DNA of 18,251 nucleotides from a virus: the IMG/VR virus record IMGVR_UViG_3300045988_154560. One strand, given 5' to 3'. Below the pieces are notes generated by a model. That model was not told where the DNA came from, searched no databases, and saw only the letters and a list, made by a program, of their open reading frames with translations. Of the stretch, positions 1-6,146 are shown piece after piece. A program made the translations under genes and the position numbers. How positions within the stretch are numbered: position 1 is the stretch's first letter; each line of letters begins with the position of its first letter.

Positions 1-99
1 AGCCTCATTGTTCGTATTATTGTGGTATAAATGTCGAATATATTTGTCGAATAATTTATATAATTTCTTTCAAATATTTTCACAAAAAGTATTGCATTT
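1..99. repeat. Left inverted terminal repeat (perfect 99 bp; imperfect similarity continues to about 128)
   Basis: Reverse complement of 18153-18251 is identical to 1-99. The first mismatch is at position 100 (c vs t), then at 105 and 111. The repeat starts exactly at the window edge. Confidence 0.95.
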
Positions 100-120
100 C
101 TTGTGCAAATGTTATATAAT
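92..120 (+). promoter_or_regulatory. Sigma-A-type early promoter straddling the inner edge of the left ITR (TTGCAT-17 nt-TATAAT)
   Basis: TTGCAT at 92-97, 17-nt spacer, TATAAT at 115-120. It points inward to the first + strand gene (RBS GGGAGA at 155-160, ATG at 170). Confidence 0.75.
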
Positions 121-169
121 TAAATCATGGAAAGGGAATTAAATAATAAATAAAGGGAGATAGATAAAT

Positions 170-754
170 ATGGAAAATACAATAATTATTAATAAATGTG
201 GAGAAGAAATTTATATAGATAAAGAAACAAAAAAGGTTGTTTGTGTTGTAAGAAATGGGAGAAAATATAAAGCTGATAGATATATAAATAACCCATATTA
301 CTGTGGAATAGCTGAAGAATATTTTGCTGAAACTGCTGAAGGTGATGAAGAAGAAACTTGTGATTTACAAGACGTGGTTGTTAATATTAATGAAAGTCAA
401 ATAGGAAGAGTAGTAGGAATGAAAGATGGAAAATATAGAATAGTAATGAGTACAGGAAAATTAGTTGAACTTAATAGAAATGAGTTTTATCTAGATAGTG
501 AAGAGCCACTACCTCAAGTTGAAGAAATACCGACTATAAAAGTAGGTTATTATAATTATGAAGTATTTGAAAATGAATATGTAATCAGATTCAGTTGTAA
601 TGTGTTAGATAGAGTTTTTGTATATAACAAGAAATTCAAAGATTTTAAATTAATGCAAATATCAACTAATAAGGTTTTATCAGCTAAAAGATATTATACC
701 AATTATTATAATATCATGAGTCAATTACAAGACTATGTAAATAAAGGGGCTTAG
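170..754 (+). CDS. Hypothetical early protein (194 aa)
   Basis: ATG preceded by AAAGGGAGA, and the first ORF after the ITR promoter. No family motif recognised. The stop codon lies inside a GC-rich hairpin (745-759). Confidence 0.7.
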   Translation: MENTIIINKCGEEIYIDKETKKVVCVVRNGRKYKADRYINNPYYCGIAEEYFAETAEGDEEETCDLQDVVVNINESQIGRVVGMKDGKYRIVMSTGKLVELNRNEFYLDSEEPLPQVEEIPTIKVGYYNYEVFENEYVIRFSCNVLDRVFVYNKKFKDFKLMQISTNKVLSAKRYYTNYYNIMSQLQDYVNKGA

Positions 755-763
755 CCCCTAGCA

Positions 764-793
764 AATTAATAATTTATATTTAGAGGTGATTAA
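764..793 (+). repeat. Direct repeat copy 1 (30 nt, translation-initiation region)
   Basis: aattaataatttatatttagaggtgattaa matches 879-908 at 29 of 30 positions. It contains the RBS AGAGGTGA and is immediately followed by an ATG. Confidence 0.9.
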
Positions 794-862
794 ATGGAAA
801 TATTATTCTTTATTTTTATTGTTATTCTTTTTATTACGTTAGGAATATATGCATTATCATAA
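794..862 (+). CDS. Mini-ORF, 22-aa hydrophobic peptide (MEILFFIFIVILFITLGIYALS)
   Basis: ATG is 6 nt after AGAGGTGA, within the duplicated initiation region. One transmembrane-length hydrophobic stretch. Too short for the ORF track. Confidence 0.4.
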   Translation: MEILFFIFIVILFITLGIYALS

Positions 863-878
863 TTCTTGTTTACCAAAT

Positions 879-908
879 AATTAATAGTTTATATTTAGAG
901 GTGATTAA
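879..908 (+). repeat. Direct repeat copy 2 (30 nt, translation-initiation region)
   Basis: aattaatagtttatatttagaggtgattaa matches 764-793 at 29 of 30 positions and precedes the ATG at 910. Confidence 0.9.
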
Positions 909-909
909 T

Positions 910-1092
910 ATGACAATGTTATTATTATTTTTACAAGTGTTATACACATTAACAAATTGGAGATGGGTTAAAACTGCTTTAGGTATATTCTTTGTAATAT
1001 GGTTAGCAGAAATAGCATTAGCTACAGGGATATTAATAACTATATTACCAAGTTTAATGAATATATTATCGGAATTAATCAAGATGTTATAA
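910..1092 (+). CDS. Small membrane protein (60 aa, two hydrophobic segments)
   Basis: ATG at 910 is correctly spaced from AGAGGTGA, whereas the ORF-track GTG at 901 lies inside the RBS. The sequence MTMLLLFLQVLYTL...ALGIFFVIWLAEIALATGILITILP suggests two transmembrane helices. A holin-like function is possible but unproven. Confidence 0.6.
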   Translation: MTMLLLFLQVLYTLTNWRWVKTALGIFFVIWLAEIALATGILITILPSLMNILSELIKML

Positions 1093-1108
1093 GAGAGGTG
1101 TAAATAAA

Positions 1109-1456
1109 ATGAAAGTAAAATGTGTAGATAGTTATTTAATGAAAGGTTTTTTAACTAAAGGAAAAATATATAATGTTGAATTAAATGAAGAACGTGGTTA
1201 CACTATTGTAGATGATGGAGGTAAATTATATGTATATGCACCATACAGATTTGTAGTGGTTGACAATTCACCAGTAGTAACTAATTTTAAAACAGTAGTA
1301 GCCATGACATCAAAGTTCAACGGTAAAAAAGTAGTATTATCTAGAACAAGCGAATATATCGTGTTAAGTGAAAACGACAGTAGTTATTTTGTTATAAATG
1401 ACAGTGGACAAGCAAGCAAATATCCAAAGTCAAATTTTCATATTGTAAGAGGTTAA
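1109..1456 (+). CDS. Hypothetical protein (115 aa)
   Basis: RBS AGAGAGGTG lies upstream of the ATG. The two halves of the protein look like diverged copies of a small beta-rich unit. No family recognised. Confidence 0.65.
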   Translation: MKVKCVDSYLMKGFLTKGKIYNVELNEERGYTIVDDGGKLYVYAPYRFVVVDNSPVVTNFKTVVAMTSKFNGKKVVLSRTSEYIVLSENDSSYFVINDSGQASKYPKSNFHIVRG

Positions 1457-1460
1457 CATC

Positions 1461-1652
1461 ATGAGAATTAATAAAGATGAAAGATTAAAAAGAAAAAATA
1501 AGATAGAAAACACAAACTACCTTGCAACTGTAGAAGTTAGGGACGCGATTATTTATATTAAAACCGCATACGGTTATAAAAACATAGTCCAAGCACAGGA
1601 AGTCTATAAAAATTGGAGAAAAGAATATTTAAAGGATATAAGGAGGTATTAA
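1461..1652 (+). CDS. Hypothetical basic protein (63 aa)
   Basis: Tightly packed after the previous gene, with RBS-like AAGAGG upstream. No family recognised. Confidence 0.55.
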   Translation: MRINKDERLKRKNKIENTNYLATVEVRDAIIYIKTAYGYKNIVQAQEVYKNWRKEYLKDIRRY

Positions 1653-1653
1653 A

Positions 1654-1770
1654 ATGATTAATCAATTATGGAGAAAATACAGATTATATTGTTATAAGAA
1701 TGGACTAGCAGATGGTAATTTTAAAAATTTTAGAGATTTTATGATAAAATACTATAAACTTAATGATTAG
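1654..1770 (+). CDS. Small hypothetical protein (38 aa, MINQLWRKYRLYCYKNGLADGNFKNFRDFMIKYYKLND)
   Basis: Strong AGGAGG (1641-1646) is 7 nt upstream of the ATG at 1654. The ORF starts 1 nt after the previous stop. Below the ORF-track length cutoff. Confidence 0.5.
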   Translation: MINQLWRKYRLYCYKNGLADGNFKNFRDFMIKYYKLND

Positions 1771-1919
1771 TTGCGTACAATATAATATAAGTGTTTTATA
1801 TTAAGCCTTATTAAATATAGTCAGACAACCTTTCATGACATTATTATATTTATCCTTTGTTTTATTAGTATTAGTATTTTTAATTTATCCGATTCATCTC
1901 AAAAATTAAAGCAGAATTA

Positions 1920-1945
1920 AGAGCAACAATAGTTGCTCTTTTTTC
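1920..1945 (+). terminator. Rho-independent terminator ending the left early operon
   Basis: Stem AGAGCAAC / GTTGCTCT with loop AATA, followed by TTTTTC. Confidence 0.8.
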
Positions 1946-1974
1946 TTGCAATTTTTTAAAAATATTTATATAAA
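1946..1974 (+). promoter_or_regulatory. Candidate sigma-A promoter for the SSB operon (TTGCAA-17 nt-TATAAA)
   Basis: TTGCAA at 1946-1951, 17-nt A/T-rich spacer, TATAAA at 1969-1974. It sits directly after the terminator and 80 nt upstream of the ssb ATG. Confidence 0.55.
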
Positions 1975-2054
1975 ATTATTAACACTTTTGAATAAAATAT
2001 CATACAATATAGTGTAAAGAAAATTAATAATATATGAAAAGGGGAATTTAAATT

Positions 2055-2480
2055 ATGAATAAGGTATTTATTAACGGAAACTTAACAAAGGATATGGATG
2101 TAAAAGTATTACCAAATGGTAACTATGTAGGTAAATTTACAATTGCCAACACAGTAGGATATGGAGATAAAAAGAAAACTTACTTCATTCCATGTACACT
2201 ATTCGGAAAGAGAGTAGAAAGCTTAGAAAAAATATTAGTTACAGGTGCAGGAGTATTAGTTGAAGGTCAATTAGATTATACAAGTGTAAAAGACGAACAA
2301 GGTAACTGGAAGAATTACACAAACGTTGTAGTAACAGAAATTGAAATAACAAAATTTAAACAAACTAACAATTATGACAATATGAGTTTAGAAGAATTAA
2401 GGGAAGAATGTAAAAATCAAAACATCAAATTTAGTTTCAAAGATAGTGCAGGAATGTTAATCAAGAAGCTAAATGCTTAA
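2055..2480 (+). CDS. ssb: Single-stranded DNA-binding protein (bacterial OB-fold type) with a C-terminal HeH/SAP-like motif
   Basis: The N-terminus MNKVFINGNLTKDMDVKVLPNG...YFIPCTLFGKRVESLEKILVTGAGVLVEGQL...NVVVTEIEI follows the canonical SSB OB-fold pattern. RBS AAGGGGA. The C-terminus MSLEELREECKNQNIKFSFKDSAGMLIKKL resembles a helix-extension-helix (SAP/Rho-N-like) motif rather than the acidic DDDIPF-type tail. Confidence 0.85.
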   Translation: MNKVFINGNLTKDMDVKVLPNGNYVGKFTIANTVGYGDKKKTYFIPCTLFGKRVESLEKILVTGAGVLVEGQLDYTSVKDEQGNWKNYTNVVVTEIEITKFKQTNNYDNMSLEELREECKNQNIKFSFKDSAGMLIKKLNA

Positions 2481-2494
2481 AGGAGTAGTTAATC

Positions 2495-2770
2495 ATGACA
2501 GAAGAACTTGATTTATTAGGTTTACTAATTGATAAAATTGAATATGAAATTACAATAAATAAAGATAGTTTAAAAGCTACAAAACATGACATTAAAAAAC
2601 TTGAAAAAAGTAAAGCTGATTTATTAGAAACAGGAATTGACGATTATGTTTTTGATAACAAGATAAACAGTATAATATATGTAAAAGAAACATTAGAAAA
2701 AAGAATAAATGTATTAAAGAAAGTTAAATACAGATTAGTAGTAAGTGAAAGAATGCTTAAATCACTATAA
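2495..2770 (+). CDS. Hypothetical coiled-coil protein (91 aa)
   Basis: RBS AAGGAG upstream and co-operonic with ssb. Heptad-like, K/E-rich sequence. No family recognised. Confidence 0.6.
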   Translation: MTEELDLLGLLIDKIEYEITINKDSLKATKHDIKKLEKSKADLLETGIDDYVFDNKINSIIYVKETLEKRINVLKKVKYRLVVSERMLKSL

Positions 2771-2803
2771 TAGTCATCACCATCACCTCTTAAATATAGA
2801 TTT

Positions 2804-2834
2804 AGGGTACACAATTACGTGTACCCTTTTATTT
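2804..2834. terminator. Hairpin terminator shared by the convergent + and - strand transcription units
   Basis: GGGTACAC (2805-2812) / GTGTACCC (2819-2826) with a 6-nt loop. It is followed by TTTTATTTT on the + strand and lies 3 nt from the stop of the - strand ATPase gene. Confidence 0.75.
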
Positions 2835-3827
2835 TACTCCTAAGTCTTTTAACATCTCATACATACTGATTTTAATTTCTATAGTTTTAAATCTGACCTT
2901 ACCAAATTGGAAATATCTTATTAAGTTATTAAAGCAACTGTTACCAACGTACTTATTATTTAAAAATGTGTTATCGTTGTGGTCGGAAGCTAAAACAGAG
3001 TAACATCTAGCCGTCTTGGTAGGCTTGTCTGTTATATAAAGTATGTCTTTTACAATGTTACCCCAAACCATGTATTTTTGACCCTTGTAGTCAACTGCAA
3101 AGTATTCATCACAATGTTTTAAGCTCATCGTTTCTACAAATGTATTACTATCTCTTAATGATTTATTGTCTATAGCATAATCACTGTATTTTGTATTACG
3201 AATAAGTTTACCAAATTTAGTTTCCTTTTTCATTTCTATAAACACATCGTTAGTACTATATTCTATAACCATTTCACCATCACGTGCTAATGTAAATCTC
3301 TCACCGTCATTAATTTTTATATTAAAATAAGTAAAGTAAGGATTTACTCTTGATATGTTGTTACCTAGGAAATACATTCTCACATTGTTTCTAGTTCTTG
3401 CTACTGTTTCATAAAAGTCCAAAGCGACATCAACTTCATTTGTTATATATCTCATACCTGCGCTACGGTCAACTAAAAATTCATCAAACATTATTGTTGT
3501 TACATTAGGGTATGCAACTGATTTATATCTTTGTGATACACTTAGAGCAACAGGAAAACCCGCGACATTACCGTCAACATAAAACTTCCCAAATTTAAAC
3601 TCAAGTTGATTATTTGGAAACTCTTTTCTTATATCGTCAAACCATTTATCATTATCTTTAAGTTCAGTTTTCCATCTTCTTAAGTATATGAATTGTTCAC
3701 CTTTCTTAAGAAAGTTTTTGATACATCTCTTTTTTAACCCATAACTCTTTCCAAATCCTCTATTTGTCAAAACAAAATTCCATATTGCGTTGTAACTACA
3801 TATTTTGTCATAATTATAAAATTCCAT
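2829..3827 (-). CDS. DNA encapsidation ATPase (phi29 gp16-like)
   Basis: ATG at 3827 follows AAGGAGG; the ORF-track start at 3866 has no RBS. Walker A-like VLTNRGFGKSY is followed by GEQFIYLRRWKTEL and a Walker B-like TTIMFDEF, the N-terminal signature I recall for phi29 gp16-family packaging ATPases. It is the last gene of the late operon, as in phi29. Confidence 0.9.
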   Translation of the reverse strand: MEFYNYDKICSYNAIWNFVLTNRGFGKSYGLKKRCIKNFLKKGEQFIYLRRWKTELKDNDKWFDDIRKEFPNNQLEFKFGKFYVDGNVAGFPVALSVSQRYKSVAYPNVTTIMFDEFLVDRSAGMRYITNEVDVALDFYETVARTRNNVRMYFLGNNISRVNPYFTYFNIKINDGERFTLARDGEMVIEYSTNDVFIEMKKETKFGKLIRNTKYSDYAIDNKSLRDSNTFVETMSLKHCDEYFAVDYKGQKYMVWGNIVKDILYITDKPTKTARCYSVLASDHNDNTFLNNKYVGNSCFNNLIRYFQFGKVRFKTIEIKISMYEMLKDLGVK

Positions 3828-3840
3828 AATTACCTCCTTA

Positions 3841-3864
3841 AAACAAAAGCACCGTAAAGGTGCC
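3841..3864 (-). terminator. Weak hairpin plus U-tract between the YvrJ-like gene and the ATPase gene (possible attenuator)
   Basis: The - strand RNA reads GCACC-UUUAC-GGUGC followed by UUUUGUUUU. The stem is only 5 bp, so this is at best a partial terminator. Confidence 0.3.
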
Positions 3865-3868
3865 ATTG

Positions 3869-4036
3869 TTATTTGTTAATTTTATCTTCTAAGTTATCCA
3901 TGCGTGTACATATTTCTTTTAATGTTACATTTAGATTACCTAGTGTTTCCGTAAACTTATTGTTATTGTTAAACATTACAACACAACAAGCAATTGGAAA
4001 ACCTACGTTTGATATTACGTTTACTATTTCTTCCAT
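3869..4036 (-). CDS. YvrJ-like small protein (55 aa); possible lysis or holin-associated protein
   Basis: ATG follows AAGGAGGTAATAAC. MEEIVNVISNVGFPIACCVVMF...NLNVTLKEICTRMDNLEDKI matches my recollection of the YvrJ family: an N-terminal hydrophobic GFP-containing helix followed by a coiled-coil tail. It occupies the position of the phi29 lysis genes, just upstream of the ATPase. Not in the ORF track because it is too short. Confidence 0.6.
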   Translation of the reverse strand: MEEIVNVISNVGFPIACCVVMFNNNNKFTETLGNLNVTLKEICTRMDNLEDKINK

Positions 4037-4082
4037 GTTATTACCTCCTTACTCATTTATGAACAATTTTATCAAGTGTTTG

Positions 4083-5828
4083 TTACCATATAGGTGATAG
4101 TTTTATTTTCATCCAGCTATCTCTATCTGAATTATTAAAACATGTGTATTTAAACAACTCATCAGTTCCACTACTATTAGTGTACGAATGTATAACTGTG
4201 TTATTACTATCTTTCAACGTAAATGTTGAACCATTTTGTATTCTTACATATAATTCATTTAACCCACTTGAACAAAAATAACTGTTCAATTTAATTGTTG
4301 GTGATGCTGAACTAACAATAGTCAAATAATTGTAGAAAGTATCGTTTGTATATGTGTAATTACCATCACTTGTACCAACAACAAACATATTAATTTTATC
4401 CAATAGTTGAACAGGCAAAATCTTACCTTTTCTTATTATCAAATCTTTACCTACACGATTGTATGAAGTATCGCACACTTCACAATTTATAAAATTAATA
4501 TTTGCTTTTGTAGTGCTAATATCAGTAACATCAAATTTTGAAGACATTACTAATGATAATATATTAAATTGATTACCATCACAAAGTCCTTCAAATTTTA
4601 CATAAATTCCACTAAGTTCTGCGACTCTAATATAATCAAAAACATTAGACCTAGCATTATTAAGATATACACCATTTGTTACTCCTTCAAATGAAATTGT
4701 ACTAAATTTCATTCCATTAACTTCACCTTTATATTTATCGGCGTAGGTATCAATATATACTCCATATTCTCCGCCAGTACATTGACCGCCTTTTATTATA
4801 TTTTCATTTATAAAGGTAGGTGTTGTTTGGCTTGATCCCTCTGTTCTTATATAAATAGCGTTTTTATTTGATGGGGCTTTTAAAGTTTGAAAATGTATTT
4901 CATTATAATTTATCCCCATTTGTGTACTATGCAAGATTAATGCATGGTCTAAATTAGACCTAACAAATCCTTTTAAATCAATATAGTTATAAGCACATTT
5001 ACTTTCGCTTGTACTATTTTTTAATTTAATAGCGTTTCCCTCTGCAAAAATATCAAATGTGGTTATTTTATTATAAGCGGTTTCTATCAATATACAACTT
5101 TCATTACCACTATAATACAATTCACCATCAATTTTTAAATTATTTTCGCCGATTGGTTTAATAGTAGTTTCAACTAAATATTTACCTTTTGGGATATATA
5201 CGCTTTTATATTTTGATAGTAAATTATTTACTAGCAAACCTATTTCTTTGGATTTATCATTTTTTGCACCAAATTGAAGTATATTAATTTCTTTATCTAT
5301 AATTATAAGTTCTGCGACTAAATTATCGTTTAAAAAGTGAATTAAACCATTATCTTCTATATCACTTTCTTTTTTAATTCTAACAATATAATAACCATCT
5401 CCACCATCGTTGATATTATAATATCCTAACGTTTTAACAATATCACCGTTTTTTAAGTCGGTATTTTTTAAATCTGTTATTGTGTTACAAAAACTCACCT
5501 TTTGTTCCAATTGTTTATTAATTGTGGTTATATTATTATTAATACTTTCGGTAGTGTTATCAAAAATTTCTTTATCTAATTTTTTATTTAGCATGTCAAT
5601 GTTAATTAGATTTTCTAAAGTCCCATCTTCTTCCCATTGACTAAGTAATTCATTTACTTCTTTTTCCAACCCCTCATTTTTTAACCACTCAAGTATAGCA
5701 CTAGAATTATTACATAACTCAATACATTCTTGTAGCTTTTGAAAGAATTTACATCTTAATTCTTCGTTTGTCATGTCTGAAAAATCATACACTCTTCTTA
5801 AAACATCTTCTGAAATTCCTCTTATCAA
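4083..5828 (-). CDS. Pre-neck appendage / tailspike protein with predicted right-handed beta-helix (pectate-lyase-like)
   Basis: TTG start 7 nt after AAGGAGGAG. GYYNINDGGDGYY and ILQFGAKNDKS (a FGAKGDG-like motif) are typical of pectate_lyase_3/tailspike N-terminal regions. These are followed by a long repetitive beta-rich region. The position after the lower collar equals that of phi29 gp12. Confidence 0.75.
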   Translation of the reverse strand: MIRGISEDVLRRVYDFSDMTNEELRCKFFQKLQECIELCNNSSAILEWLKNEGLEKEVNELLSQWEEDGTLENLINIDMLNKKLDKEIFDNTTESINNNITTINKQLEQKVSFCNTITDLKNTDLKNGDIVKTLGYYNINDGGDGYYIVRIKKESDIEDNGLIHFLNDNLVAELIIIDKEINILQFGAKNDKSKEIGLLVNNLLSKYKSVYIPKGKYLVETTIKPIGENNLKIDGELYYSGNESCILIETAYNKITTFDIFAEGNAIKLKNSTSESKCAYNYIDLKGFVRSNLDHALILHSTQMGINYNEIHFQTLKAPSNKNAIYIRTEGSSQTTPTFINENIIKGGQCTGGEYGVYIDTYADKYKGEVNGMKFSTISFEGVTNGVYLNNARSNVFDYIRVAELSGIYVKFEGLCDGNQFNILSLVMSSKFDVTDISTTKANINFINCEVCDTSYNRVGKDLIIRKGKILPVQLLDKINMFVVGTSDGNYTYTNDTFYNYLTIVSSASPTIKLNSYFCSSGLNELYVRIQNGSTFTLKDSNNTVIHSYTNSSGTDELFKYTCFNNSDRDSWMKIKLSPIW

Positions 5829-5921
5829 AGTTTACTCCTCCTTTTACAATAAAATGTAAATTTTACATTTACACTTTATTGTATGATTAATTGATTTTAT
5901 TTGCGTATATAATTATAAATT

Positions 5922-6134
5922 TTACGATAAACTGTTAACTTTTTCATTTAATTTTTCTATATCACTATTAATTTTTTTAATTAATAGATTTAGGTTTCTT
6001 TGTCTTATTTCTATATCTTCCCTTATTTTCTTTATTTCTTGCCATAATCTCTTCCATTGTTGAAAGTCTATAGCATTTTGGTCTTGTAATTCCCCAATGT
6101 TTTGTAGAACTCTGTTAATATCAATATCACTCAT
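5922..6134 (-). CDS. Hypothetical coiled-coil protein (70 aa)
   Basis: RBS AAGGAGGTAATAAC precedes the ATG. Located within the late structural operon. No family recognised. Confidence 0.6.
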   Translation of the reverse strand: MSDIDINRVLQNIGELQDQNAIDFQQWKRLWQEIKKIREDIEIRQRNLNLLIKKINSDIEKLNEKVNSLS

Positions 6135-6146
6135 GTTATTACCTCC

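Noticed and set aside
127-153. 8-codon mini-ORF (MERELNNK) in the leader of the left early transcript
   Set aside because: It has no RBS and starts essentially at the predicted transcription start. It is most likely fortuitous.
870-1082. 70-aa ORF on the - strand from the ORF track
   Set aside because: It is antisense to two + strand small genes that have strong RBSs in a + strand operon. It has no RBS of its own, and its composition is the mirror image of a hydrophobic frame. It looks like a shadow ORF.
1835-1909. 24-codon hydrophobic ORF (MTLLYLSFVLLVLVFLIYPIHLKN) in the left-arm 3' region
   Set aside because: There is no Shine-Dalgarno sequence upstream, and T-rich non-coding DNA readily produces such frames. 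It is kept only as a caveat under the 1771-1945 finding.
3873-4097. 74-aa ORF on the + strand
   Set aside because: It is antisense to the RBS-supported YvrJ-like gene and to the end of the tailspike gene, inside a uniformly - strand operon. No RBS. Shadow ORF.
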